DNA of 63,848 nucleotides, counting the filler, from Octopus bimaculoides (lineage: Eukaryota), in the NCBI RefSeq assembly GCF_001194135.2. It is 6 parts of 6 records of this genome, joined end to end, with 100 filler letters (N's around TTAATTAATTAA, not from the genome) between each part and the next. Parts side by side here need not be neighbours in the genome. Positions count along the whole stretch, not along the records: positions 37,999 to 56,885 come from NC_068988.1; 5 more parts are not named here. One strand, given 5' to 3'. The stretch's first letter is position 1. Each line of letters begins with the position of its first letter. This document shows, one piece after another, positions 38,673-51,047 of this stretch. The notes below the pieces were generated by a model, which made no database searches, was not told the DNA's origin, and worked only from the letters and a program-made list of their open reading frames with translations. A program made the translations under genes and the position numbers.

Positions 38673-39361
38673 AATATATATATATATATCCCACCATTCA
38701 CCTGCACCCACTATTACTGGAAGGGTCATGGAAGAAGGGTCGTCACACACCACCTCCGTGAAGTCCTATCAGAAGTAAAAATCATTATACTTTTCAGCGG
38801 GATTCCCAAGCGTGACCAACTGCAACCATTATGTTCCTGGTCTCCTGTCATTTTTGGCTCAGTTTGAAGATTCGTTAGGGAGCAGCTACAGTAGCTAAGA
38901 GGATTCGAAACTGAATCCACGTTTTAATTAATTGTCAGATTGATTTCCCACACGCAAAGAAATCCATGGAACCTGAAAGTATTTAACTGGTAATATGTGT
39001 ATACACAAACAAACGACGCGTCGACGTTGTTTATTTTATATTTGTAACATTATAATCAACGAAATAAATGACCATCTGCATGATTAATTGTTTTTCACTC
39101 ATTCATTTCTACGATGCATCATCATCATCATTCAAACTTCATCGTTACTTTCAACTTTTCCTCCAAATTATGTCGTTGCAAATCTGTCTTGAAGTTCTTA
39201 ACTACGACATTCTAATCACATGTCCATAGTACCACCAAGAGATGCGCCCTGATTTCCGAGCTACGCACCTTTTTAAGTCCATGTACTCCAGGAATCCTCC
39301 AGGAATCCTCCAGAGAAACTCTTTTTCGGCCGCTTATATATATAAATAAATAAATTACGAT

Positions 39362-39710
39362 AACGTTTTGAGTCCAAATGCCGCTAAGGTTAACTTCGCC
39401 TTTCAGCTTTTCGGAGTCGATGAGATCTTTCGAATCAGGTACAAGAGACTTTTTATTCGATTGACAGCTCCAATAAATTCCATGTCTTGCGTCTTTGTTT
39501 TAAGCAATAACAGTTATTATTTTGGTAGAATCGTTAAAAATACCTGGCAGTATTTGTTCCTCTTTTTTTATGTTCTGAGTTCAAATTCTGCCGAAGTCAA
39601 ACTTTGTCTTTCATCCCACCGAGTGTGATAAAATAAAGTGCCAGTCAAGTACTGAGGTCGATGGCACCAGTTAATATCCCCCACCCTTCACAAGAGACCT
39701 TGTACCTAAA
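39362..39710 (+). mobile_element. Two tandem diverged SINE family 2 units
   Basis: TTTTGAGTCCAAATGCCGCTAAGGTTAACTTCGCC and TTCTGAGTTCAAATTCTGCCGAAGTCAAACTTTG blocks. Confidence 0.7.
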
Positions 39711-39755
39711 TTATTGTTGTTGCTTTTGTTGTTGTTGTTGTTGTTGTTGTTAGTT

Positions 39756-39819
<64 letters not shown>

Positions 39820-39975
39820 CCGTTTCGCAACTCATCTATCTTCTTCCACAATTGTCCATTCCCAAAACATCACAATCTAACTGCTTCGATGCACAAAAGC
39901 AGTAACAGAAACAACAATAACAACAACAATACGCACCGCTCTTCTATTCATATTTTCTACTTGATTCATGTGTGT

Positions 39976-40221
39976 GTTGGCACTCCGTCGCTTACGACGT
40001 CGAGGGTTCCAGTTGATCCGATCAACAGAACAACTTGCTCATGAAATTAACGTGCAAGTGGCTGAGCACTCCACAGACACGTGTACCCTTAACGTAGTTC
40101 TCGGGGATATTCAGCGTGACACAGTGTGACAAGGCTGACCCTTTGAATTACAAGCACAACAGAAACAGGAAGTAAGAGTGAGAGAAAGTTGGGACGAAAG
40201 AGTACAGCAGGGTTCACCACC
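39976..40221 (-). mobile_element. SINE family 3, 3' part (head in gap)
   Basis: Near-identical to 21352-21530; includes the terminal GTTGGCACTCCGTCGCTTACGACG segment. Confidence 0.9.
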
Positions 40222-41267
40222 NNNNNNNNNNNNNNNNNNNNNNNNNNNNNNNNNNNNNNNNNNNNNNNNNNNNNNNNNNNNNNNNNNNNNNNNNNNNNNN
40301 NNNNNNNNNNNNNNNNNNNNNNNNNNNNNNNNNNNNNNNNNNNNNNNNNNNNNNNNNNNNNNNNNNNNNNNNNNNNNNNNNNNNNNNNNNNNNNNNNNNN
40401 NNNNNNNNNNNNNNNNNNNNNNNNNNNNNNNNNNNNNNNNNNNNNNNNNNNNNNNNNNNNNNNNNNNNNNNNNNNNNNNNNNNNNNNNNNNNNNNNNNNN
40501 NNNNNNNNNNNNNNNNNNNNNNNNNNNNNNNNNNNNNNNNNNNNNNNNNNNNNNNNNNNNNNNNNNNNNNNNNNNNNNNNNNNNNNNNNNNNNNNNNNNN
40601 NNNNNNNNNNNNNNNNNNNNNNNNNNNNNNNNNNNNNNNNNNNNNNNNNNNNNNNNNNNNNNNNNNNNNNNNNNNNNNNNNNNNNNNNNNNNNNNNNNNN
40701 NNNNNNNNNNNNNNNNNNNNNNNNNNNNNNNNNNNNNNNNNNNNNNNNNNNNNNNNNNNNNNNNNNNNNNNNNNNNNNNNNNNNNNNNNNNNNNNNNNNN
40801 NNNNNNNNNNNNNNNNNNNNNNNNNNNNNNNNNNNNNNNNNNNNNNNNNNNNNNNNNNNNNNNNNNNNNNNNNNNNNNNNNNNNNNNNNNNNNNNNNNNN
40901 NNNNNNNNNNNNNNNNNNNNNNNNNNNNNNNNNNNNNNNNNNNNNNNNNNNNNNNNNNNNNNNNNNNNNNNNNNNNNNNNNNNNNNNNNNNNNNNNNNNN
41001 NNNNNNNNNNNNNNNNNNNNNNNNNNNNNNNNNNNNNNNNNNNNNNNNNNNNNNNNNNNNNNNNNNNNNNNNNNNNNNNNNNNNNNNNNNNNNNNNNNNN
41101 NNNNNNNNNNNNNNNNNNNNNNNNNNNNNNNNNNNNNNNNNNNNNNNNNNNNNNNNNNNNNNNNNNNNNNNNNNNNNNNNTATATATATATATATATATA
41201 TATATATCTGAAATTTACAGAAAAACAAAAGGCGAAGACAGGTGTATGAACAATAAGAAGGTGTATT

Positions 41268-41332
41268 AGTTTGACGCTTGGGAAGGTGAGAAAGTCTTTT
41301 ACGTTTCGAACCTACGCTCTTTAACAGAAAGG
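41268..41332 (-). ncRNA. Degenerate minimal type I hammerhead ribozyme (Penelope pLTR type)
   Basis: TTT-CTGTTAA-A-GAG-CGTAGG-TTC-GAAA-CG...CG-TC-AAA: 3-bp stem I, stem II, stem III closing on a GUC triplet (C17 at 41273); core has A6U and G8A substitutions. Confidence 0.65.
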
Positions 41333-41395
41333 AATAAGAGAAAATAAACAGAGAGAGAATTAAAAATAAAATGTGGATTTAGCGATCAGGTATGG

Positions 41396-41464
41396 CGGCA
41401 TGATGGAATAGGAACTTTATTTAAATATTGAATATGCAAATAAAGTTCCTATTCCATTACGCCG
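41396..41464. repeat. Perfect 20-bp inverted repeat / long hairpin
   Basis: ATGGAATAGGAACTTTATTT (41403-41422) and exact reverse complement (41438-41457), 15-nt loop, outer CGGC/GCCG. Confidence 0.95.
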
Positions 41465-41555
41465 ACCACCGTCTAATGATGCTGACTAGTGAGCCAGTTT
41501 TTCAGGGTTGCATATAATGTAAGATAGATATTATAACAACAACAACAACAACAAC

Positions 41556-41807
41556 AACAAGAGCACTCAAAGAGCGCAAACCTCCGCCAAGGCAACACCA
41601 ACGTGCTCTCAACGATTAGCCTGAGATGATTTTTAAAATGAGAATATCTGAAATAAACTCAACTGCTCTCACAAACGAGAATACTAGAAATGAACCCGAC
41701 CGATCTCAATAGTTAAGTGAAAAAAAAAAAAGAGGAAAAATAATCAGAATCCTTGTCCGGTACCGGATCGATCCCAAAATCTAATCAGTTCATGCCAGTC
41801 ACGAGGT
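41556..41807 (+). mobile_element. Truncated Helentron/HINE-like non-autonomous element
   Basis: Starts AACAAGAGCACTC after (AAC)n, subterminal ACCTCCGCCAAGG, internal CAAAATCTAATCAGTTC, as I recall from HINE-like families; partner 3' end absent. Confidence 0.5.
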
Positions 41808-43557
41808 CAACCATTCTGTAATGCTCCTAGATGTCTCACCTATGTATATCATGTTCTTGTCTTTACAAGCACCTTCTATGCACCTTATGCTGTAGACTAC
41901 ATTTCTAGTTCTACAGTTAATGCCAGGGTTAATCCTATATACCATGCAGTTATCATTGGTGCATATGGTATTCTTAAAGGGGTATGTCCTACGTAGTTGT
42001 GATCTGATGGAGCTCCCTGGCTTTTCAACGATCTTAATGTTGAGTTTCGCCTCCTTCAGAGCTTTCCTAAATCTACAGGTTAGTTCTCGATGGGCTGTGG
42101 CCTCTACAAACAACACTCCTTGATATTTGTCGGTCTTGTACCATGTGTTCACTCTGTTTGCTTTGTCACAAACTCTTTGTATTCTATTCCAGTCTTTACT
42201 TCTATATCTAGGGCAGGTACCACTGGTTTCATTACATATAATGCTATCTAACTTCTTTCTAGCACCCTTGTATACACGAACCCTATCTTTCTGATCACAT
42301 CCAGAGAATTGCATGCGGTGCATGAAGTTCTGTACATATTTCTTTGTTTCATAGGATTTGCATAGCGGGGACACGTATTTTGTTACCCTAAGTTTGCTAT
42401 CAGTATGTTGATTTTCATGTTGTGTGACAAAGCTGAGTTTTTGTGAACAACATATTTCAAAGCTATGGGTTTCATGTAGTAGGAGTGGAGGAGCTGCACT
42501 CCGTTGTTCACAGTCTCTAACCAAAGGTGCCTTGTGGAGTAATCTATAGTTACCTTGATACTTTCTGGATGGAGTTAGCTACATGCTGTATAATCTTTAT
42601 TATGTTCCTCTCGGTTTCTACATTACCGTTACTATATTTGGTCTTTACTAGAATATTAATGTCGTCTACATACCTACAGTAAATTAAAAGAGTTGTGGAC
42701 TGTTCTACTAAAAATTATTTACGTTTTCTGTCCCACCAGGTCATGAAGAGGCCGGCACATCCCAAGCTACACCGACACCAGTGACTGCACCTTGAACCTG
42801 CATGTATGGTTTCCTGTTAAACTTTACTATGTCGTTATTCAAGGTGGTTCTTATGCTATCCCTTATTGCATGTGCAATCATTCCTTTCACCTGGTTGTTG
42901 TTCTCAGGATCTTGGGTGGGTATGGTACAGCCACTCCTGGGTTCTGCAGTGCTTTTATTCACCGCTGAGTTAGTGGTGGGTGGTCTTCCCCTCTGTAACT
43001 TGGTGGGGCAGAATTTACTAAAGTCATGGTTGTCTAGATAGTTACAGTCATAGTTTAGTTTAAGGAGGTGGCCCAGTTCCCTCATGTTCACTTCAAGGAA
43101 CTCTACATCACTCTCACATATAAGATAATCTCAATGCATTTCCCCACAGCAAAAATCTCTGTCTATAGATGAGTAGAGTGAAATTACATCCATACTACAC
43201 ACTACACAATCTGTGCGGTCGTTGGGGTGGTTGCAACTACTGATTTTACTGAGGAGATCCTCCGTGCTCACACAGACACCTGGAGACATTTCAATGAGTA
43301 GTCGTGATACCTGTGAAGGGAAGTAGGATAGTCTATAATTGCTGGAGATATTTGTTCTGCAAACTGGACGGGTTGGAGGCTCCCATAACCGGGTTTACGT
43401 AGGGTTTATGGTCTTTACGTAACCTGTATAGCGTAGGAACATGATTATTGAATGCTTGGAAATTGTGTGCAGTCCGTTTTTTGGGTTGAAGTATATTGCA
43501 CCACATTCCCATTTGTGTATTGAGGAGTTTTCCCACTCTTTCATGTTCCTGTGGTGC
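41807..43557 (-). mobile_element. Decayed Penelope-like retroelement (RT then C-terminal GIY-YIG; Neptune-like architecture), frameshifted
   Basis: PTLYRLRKDHK (~43400-43440); SMDVISLYSSID (43161-43196); VKFNRKPYMQVQG; RYVDD (42661-42675); Cys-rich linker ICTNDNCMVYRINPGINC; NVVYSIRC...IYIGETSRS, truncated at 41807. Confidence 0.92.
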
Positions 43558-43772
43558 AATGTTTGTGTGTCTGTGTTTGTCCCTCGACCATCACTTGACA
43601 ACCGATATTGGTGTGTTTACATTCCCGTAACTAAGCGGTTCGGCAAAAGAGACCGAAAGAATAAGTACTAAGCTTACAAAGAATAAGTCCTGGGTTCGAT
43701 TTTTTTCGACTAAAGACGGTACTCCAGCATGGCCGCAGTCAAATGACTGAAAACAAATAAAAGAATAAAATA
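43558..43772 (+). mobile_element. SINE family 1 tail
   Basis: TGTGTCTGTGTTTGTCCC...CCCGTAACTAAGCGGTTCGGCAAAAGAGACCG...GCATGGCCGCAGTCAAATGACTGAAA. Confidence 0.9.
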
Positions 43773-43805
43773 ATATATATATATATATTCTTGTATTCTG
43801 TGTGC

Positions 43806-43848
<43 letters not shown>

Positions 43849-43971
43849 TACAAACACATACACACACACACACATACACACACTCACACACACACACTGC
43901 CCGAACAGTTTACACTCAGATGACTGGTGGGGTAAATTACAAAATACGGGGGCTTTTCGATGAAACCGGTG

Positions 43972-44004
<33 letters not shown>

Positions 44005-44291
44005 ATTCGTCTATGCCCAAGTGTTTTGCAGAAAGCAATCATCGATTAGATCTTTCTACACTTCTCACGGCCAATGACCTTAACAAATCGATATCCATAA
44101 GTTCCTCACCCCCTCATCCAAATACACAATCCTTTGGCATTTGAACATAGAAATAGCTGCTTTAAATTATTCTTAGGCGATAGACCTTAAGTTATTGACA
44201 CAAACCCTTAAACCTTGCAAACGGGTTGCTAAGTAACATATATCTAAACTAGTTACGCCACTTGTGATAAAATTACAACGATTTTAATATG

Positions 44292-44436
44292 TTTTATCTT
44301 TTACTTGTTTCAGTAATTGGACTGCGGTCATGCTGGAGTACTATTTTGAAAGACTCCGATGCTATTTTTTAAAAAGTCCTCTACAATTTTATCGTTCCCT
44401 TTGAAGAACCGCCAAGTTATGGAGATGTAAACGGTG
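44292..44436 (-). mobile_element. SINE family 1 tail, diverged
   Basis: TTTTACTTGTTTCAGTAATTGGACTGCGGTCATGCTGGAGTAC...GAACCGCCAAGTTATGGAGATGTAAAC. Confidence 0.8.
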
Positions 44437-44537
44437 AACACACAGAAGACAAAAGCACACACACACACACACACATACACACGTACGCACACACACACAC
44501 ACACAGACGCGCGCGCCTACTCACAGATACCTATTTA

Positions 44538-44568
<31 letters not shown>

Positions 44569-44732
44569 ACACACACGTATACGCACACACAAACGCGCAC
44601 GCACGCACACACACACACATGCAAACATGCATAAACACAACCATGCTAATAAATGTATCTATCTATTTGTATGTGTGTATTTACTTAAACATATATAAAA
44701 CATATTTACACACACACATGTATGTGTATATA

Positions 44733-44808
<76 letters not shown>

Positions 44809-45309
44809 CACATACATACATACATACATACATACATACATAAACACATATAGATAGATACAAATAGAGACAGAGATAGACAAATATATGTGAGAGTGTG
44901 CGAATGCAAGTGTCTTGATATGTGTGTGTGTGTGTGTGCATGCGTGCGTGCGTGTGTTCGTGTGTGCGTATTTGTATGTGTGTATGTATGTATGTACGTA
45001 CATATGTATGTATGTATGTATTTATGTTTGTATGTATGTATGCATGTGTGTATGTGTGTATGTGTGTATGTATGTATGTATGCATGTATGAAATGTATGT
45101 ATGTATGTATGTATGCATGTGTGTATGTGTGTATGTATGTATGTATGCATGTATGAAATGTATGTATGTATGTTTGTGTGTATGTATGCATGTGTGTATG
45201 TGTGTATGTATGTATGTATGTATGTATGTATGTATGTGTTACGCCGGTAAAGAAAATCTTGTCACATTTTAAAATAAGGAAAGAAACAAATGCTACTTTC
45301 ATCTTAATT

Positions 45310-45660
45310 GATGTAGTTAATCAAGATACTATTTCCCCTCACCCTTGATAACATAATCCCATATGTCTGGAAAATTGTTGGTCCCTCAGGCATGAAATTC
45401 TCCAAGCTTCGAAGCAAAGAAACACTCAATATCATTTTTAACATTTTGATAACGAATGAACTCTTTTCCCTCCAAATATTGTTGCAATAATCAGGAAAAA
45501 AAAAGAAAAAAAATGATATTCAGATGGAGCAAGGTCAGAAGAGTAAAGAGAATGAAGCAAATCTTCCGTATTCAATGCCATAATCTTTCTCTGGGTGACT
45601 TAGTGGCCTTGCATTATCGCGTAAGAGCAACAGTCTCTCCCTTTACGCTCGACCACTATC
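45310..45660 (-). pseudogene. Mariner transposase C-terminal remnant
   Basis: LLLLRDNARP (DNARP 45604-45618), HSLYSSDLAPS (45522-45554; cf. HPPYSPDLAPS), then YLEGKEF..VKNDIECFFASK..FHA*G...WDYVIKGEG. Confidence 0.85.
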
Positions 45661-46529
45661 GGGGCGCTTTATCTGAAAATATTTTTGCAATATTTGCCGA
45701 CAGTACGTTGTTCTGTTCTCCTATGTGTTCATTCTGTTGTCCGTAAAAAAAAGTCCGTTTTTGTGCTTTATGTTCCCGTTCCTTTTCTGACGTCCTGTAC
45801 CCGGATATGCATCTATATATACATGTAGATGTAGGTATGTACATGTATGTATGTATACATGCATATGCTCATATATCATTTCTAATATTCATACGATGTT
45901 ACACAAACATTCATATCGCAAGAATAAGATACATCTGTGACAACGAACTTTTATGTGAAGATGAATGTTGTTACAATATTGAAGACGATTATAAAATTAG
46001 TCGTTACAATATCTAAGAAATATACATATTCGTCGAGTAGCGTGTGTGTATGCAGCTTGTTTGTAGATCTCTATTCTGCATGATAGCTATTTGCATCTCT
46101 GTGACTGCTAGTGAGAAAGACAATAAAAGAAATGTGTAAAGATAGAAGCGGTGAGAAGTTTTGCCTTCGCACGCATTAATCAACACAGTGAGAAAGCTTG
46201 ATCCCCGGTCAGATACCGGATGATCGAAAGAGAGTGGGAACAATTCATCTTGTCTATTTATATTTTTGCTAATTAAATTAGGTCGACCATGAACAATAGG
46301 GTTCTACTTCTATATCAGCTTTGGATGATGCATACCTCGAAAACTGTCTAAGAGATCAGTTCATTCCCGTTAATCTCTCAGTGTAGAAAGACTAAGACAA
46401 TAGGCAGAGAACTTATTAGACAATGTGGGATGATGCGGATTCGCCTTTGATATTCTCTAGCTGCTCGTTACATATCTTTACAGCTGTTTCAAAAATACGG
46501 CGACTGATTCTTATAACAGAGAAGATAGA

Positions 46530-46738
46530 GGAGATAGAGACAGACAGAGACAGACAGAGGAGACCGAGAGAGACAGACAGAGGAGACAGAGGAGACAGAG
46601 ACAGACAGAGGAGACAGAGGAGACAGAGGAGACAGAGACAGACAGAGGAGACAGAGGAGACAGAGACAGACTGAGGAGACAGAGGAGTCAGAGACAGACA
46701 GAGGAGACAGAGACAAACAGAGGAGACAGAGACAGACA
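46530..46738 (+). repeat. Purine-rich compound minisatellite of GAGGAGACA / GAGACAGACA units
   Basis: Direct reading; runs into a gap. Confidence 0.9.
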
Positions 46739-46850
46739 NNNNNNNNNNNNNNNNNNNNNNNNNNNNNNNNNNNNNNNNNNNNNNNNNNNNNNNNNNNNNN
46801 NNNNNNNNNNNNNNNNNNNNNNNNNNNNNNNNNNNNNNCTACTACTACTG

Positions 46851-46882
<32 letters not shown>

Positions 46883-46989
46883 GCCACCACTACCACCTCT
46901 GCCATTACTACCACTACCACCTAGTATCTATGTGTGTGTATGTATATTATGTGTGTACGTATACGCATGCATACACACATAGGCTTGCA

Positions 46990-47033
<44 letters not shown>

Positions 47034-48406
47034 TTACATTCACAATAACTCCACTACTGACACAATAACACACACCCAACCACCACCACAACCACAACCA
47101 CCACCGCCATTACCACAATGCCCCTCCGCCATTGTCAACACTTCCAACCCTCTCCCGTTACTACCCCTACCAAGACAATAACATCACCACCACCACCACT
47201 ACCACCNNNNNNNNNNNNNNNNNNNNNNNNNNNNNNNNNNNNNNNNNNNNNNNNNNNNNNNNNNNNNNNNNNNNNNNNNNNNNNNNNNNNNNNNNNNNNN
47301 NNNNNNNNNNNNNNNNNNNNNNNNNNNNNNNNNNNNNNNNNNNNNNNNNNNNNNNNNNNNNNNNNNNNNNNNNNNNNNNNNNNNNNNNNNNNNNNNNNNN
47401 NNNNNNNNNNNNNNNNNNNNNNNNNNNNNNNNNNNNNNNNNNNNNNNNNNNNNNNNNNNNNNNNNNNNNNNNNNNNNNNNNNNNNNNNNNNNNNNNNNNN
47501 NNNNNNNNNNNNNNNNNNNNNNNNNNNNNNNNNNNNNNNNNNNNNNNNNNNNNNNNNNNNNNNNNNNNNNNNNNNNNNNNNNNNNNNNNNNNNNNNNNNN
47601 NNNNNNNNNNNNNNNNNNNNNNNNNNNNNNNNNNNNNNNNNNNNNNNNNNNNNNNNNNNNNNNNNNNNNNNNNNNNNNNNNNNNNNNNNNNNNNNNNNNN
47701 NNNNNNNNNNNNNNNNNNNNNNNNNNNNNNNNNNNNNNNNNNNNNNNNNNNNNNNNNNNNNNNNNNNNNNNNNNNNNNNNNNNNNNNNNNNNNNNNNNNN
47801 NNNNNNNNNNNNNNNNNNNNNNNNNNNNNNNNNNNNNNNNNNNNNNNNNNNNNNNNNNNNNNNNNNNNNNNNNNNNNNGTAGTAGTAGTAGTGGTGGTGG
47901 TGGTGGTGGTGGTGGTGGTAGTAGTAGTAGTAGTAATGGTGGTGGTGGTGGTAGTAGTAGTAGTAGTAGTGGTGGTGGTGGTGGTGGTGGTGGTGATGGT
48001 AGTAGTAGTAGTACTAAGGAGTTATATGTATACATAGACATATATGTATGCATGTGCATATACAAACACCCTCAGCTATAGCAACACACACACACATGCA
48101 CACACACATGCACACACACACACAGACATACACACACGCACCCGCACACACACACCCACAAAATTATAACTACACAGAGATGCAGGTCCAAACGCAAACG
48201 TACACACACTTTCACAATAACACAATCAAACACACACATATGTACAAGCACAAAACATGTATACGAGCGTTCACACACACACACTCAGACACTCACGCAC
48301 ACACGCGCACGCGGACACATAGATCATCACTCACAGCACCCCCACCTCAGCCAACGTTCCACCACAACCATTACTCTACCACCACCACCATCATAACCAG
48401 TATCAT

Positions 48407-49088
48407 GGGTATTTTTTGGTTATCTCCCATTAAAAAATTATGTTATCTCCTCCAACTAAGAAAATATTGTTTAACCCTCAATAAGACAAAAACAAAAAAA
48501 AGAGTGGCTGTGTGGTAAGTAGCTTGCTTACCAACCGCATGGTCCCGGGTTCATTCCCACTGCGTGGCATCTTGGGCAAGTGCCTTCTACTATAGCCTCG
48601 GGCCGACCAAAGCCTTGTGAGTGGATTTGGTAGACGGAAACTGAAAGAAGTCCGTCGTATATATGTGTATATATGTATGTGTGTGTATATGTTTGCGTGT
48701 CTGTGTTTGTCCCCCCAACATCGCTTGACAACCGATTCTGGTGTGTTTACGTCCCCATAACCTAGCAGTTCGGCAAAAAGAGACCGAAAGAATAAGTACT
48801 AGGCTTACAATGAATAATAAGTCCTGGGGTCGATTAGCTCGACTAAAAGGCAGTGCTCCAGCGTGGCCACAATCAAATGACTGAAACAAGTAAAAGAGTA
48901 AAAAAGAGTAAAAGAGTAATCAATGAACATTAAAAGAGAAAAGATTAAACACCTTATTGAATCGAAAGGATCTAAACTCTTTTAATTCAATCTCTTGTCG
49001 CCACATAAACTCGATATTTTAGAGGGGAGATAACCCAATTTTTTAATGGCAATTTTTTAATGGGGGTGAGATAACCAAAAAGTATCCC
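48407..49088. mobile_element. Old TIR element (MITE) interrupted by a SINE
   Basis: GGGTATTTTTTGGTTATCTCCCATTAAAAAATT..GTTATCTCC (48407-48455) is inverted to GGAGATAACCCAATT..AATTTTTTAATGGGGGTGAGATAACCAAAAAGTATCCC (~49028-49088); no clear TSD. Confidence 0.7.
48503..48918 (+). mobile_element. SINE family 1, full gap-free copy nested in the MITE
   Basis: GAGTGGCTGTGTGGTAAG head, internal mixed (TA)/(TG), tail ending (AGTAAAA)n. Confidence 0.95.
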
Positions 49089-49911
49089 CGCCAACATCAC
49101 TACCATTGTCACAATCACTAACCATCAGATCCGTCACGACCACCACTACCTCCTCTACCAACATCACCACCACCAACATCACCACCACCACCACCACTAG
49201 AATTCCCACTATCATCACCACTCCAACCACCACCACTACCACCGCCACTACCACTACCACTACCACCGCCATCACAATGGCCATCACCAGCACGACCGCC
49301 CCCCCACCCGCCACAATCATTTCCCCGACCGTCACTAACTCCACTATCACAAGAACACCAATCCCATTAGCACTACCATATACACTCAGACACTCTCATA
49401 CACTCACAAATACTAAGAAACTCTCACACGCACACACACACACACACTGGCGCAGAACACATCTTCGCACACACACATGCACTCTCCCCGACACACATAC
49501 TGAGATACAGACATACACACATGCATGTATTTATATGTCTGTGTACTATAACATCGTCCAATGAGGCTATCAAAACTCATTCAATTTTATCGAATAAAAC
49601 TTCTTAAATAGTCTCCCTGCTGTTTTAATATAGGGACCACAAAACCTTTGAGTTACATAATGTGACAGAAAAGATCCGTAATATCTTCCTGCGATTTCTT
49701 ACCGCCTTTAATACAGGAACCACATAATTCAGTGAGGGAATATCTATTTAGTAGTTTGGGCTTTTATAGCAGTCACACCTTTCTTATAAGATGTGACTGT
49801 TATATCTTATAAGAGATTTTCTGCTGTATTTAAAAAAAAGGGGCCATGGGTAGCTTAGAAAGAGATTCTATTTAGTAGAAATAGACTTAATCAGTATAAC
49901 AGCCAAATCTC

Positions 49912-51047
49912 GGCGGAATTCCGATTGAAGCACCCCATATAACCACTTACAACTCTTTTTTTTTAGTTTTGGGAATTTTCAGAAAATTTTTGCGAATTTG
50001 TGGTCTACACGCGGAAATCCGTACGACTATGCACACAAAAAAATGTGTGATTTAAGGGCGATTTAACTATCGTATTTAGCACATCCTACGACCATTTGAT
50101 ACCTTTCTTGTTTCATTGTCACTGACTTGTATTGATGTTTTTCAATACCCCCGCCAAACACATTTAATGGTCCATTGCTGGGAATTAAGCAAAAAAATAG
50201 TAGAACTTGTGAGACTTACGGGGGAGGTTTAAAAATAGAATTGTTTTTTTTATAATCGTATGAATTCCTGTCTGTAGAACCCAAATTCGCAAAAATTCGA
50301 TCTTTTCAGTTTGGCTTCCAGTTTTCAATCTCCTCAATTCCTGCTTGAATTGATTTCACATTCGGTGTAGTTGTTTTTATAATTAATTACTGCTTTGAAA
50401 TTAANNNNNNNNNNNNNNNNNNNNNNNNNNNNNNNNNNNNNNNNNNNNNNNNNNNNNNNNNNNNNNNNNNNNNNNNNNNNNNNNNNNNNNNNNNNNNNNN
50501 NNNNNNNNNNNNNNNNNNNNNNNNNNNNNNNNNNNNNNNNNNNNNNNNNNNNNNNNNNNNNNNNNNNNNNNNNNNNNNNNNNNNNNNNNNNNNNNNNNNN
50601 NNNNNNNNNNNNNNNNNNNNNNNNNNNNNNNNNNNNNNNNNNNNNNNNNNNNNNNNNNNNNNNNNNNNNNNNNNNNNNNNNNNNNNNNNNNNNNNNNNNN
50701 NNNNNNNNNNNNNNNNNNNNNNNNNNNNNNNNNNNNNNNNNNNNNNNNNNNNNNNNNNNNNNNNNNNNNNNNNNNNNNNNNNNNNNNNNNNNNNNNNNNN
50801 NNNNNNNNNNNNNNNNNNNNNNNNNNNNNNNNNNNNNNNNNNNNNNNNNNNNNNNNNNNNNNNNNNNNNNNNNNNNNNNNNNNNNNNNNNNNNNNNNNNN
50901 NNNNNNNNNNNNNNNNNNNNNNNNNNNNNNNNNNNNNNNNNNNNNNNNNNNNNNNNNNNNNNNNNNNNAAAATTTTCTGAAAATTCTCCCCAAAATTTTT
51001 CAAAAGTTATGAGGGGTTATATGGAGTGCTTAGAGCAGAATTCTGCC
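49912..51047. mobile_element. TIR DNA transposon with ~78-bp imperfect TIRs and 8-bp target duplication (Merlin- or MULE-like)
   Basis: GGCGGAATTC...GGGAATTTTCAGAAAATTTT inverted to AAAATTTTCTGAAAATTCTCCC...GAATTCTGCC; CAAATCTC directly abuts both ends (49904-49911, 51048-51055); centre in gap. Confidence 0.75.

Noticed and set aside
38855-38925. TTGAAGA...AGCTAC-A-GTAGCT...TTCGAAAC hammerhead-like string
   Set aside because: Stem II closing pairs, stem III and stem I do not pair; only local hairpins.
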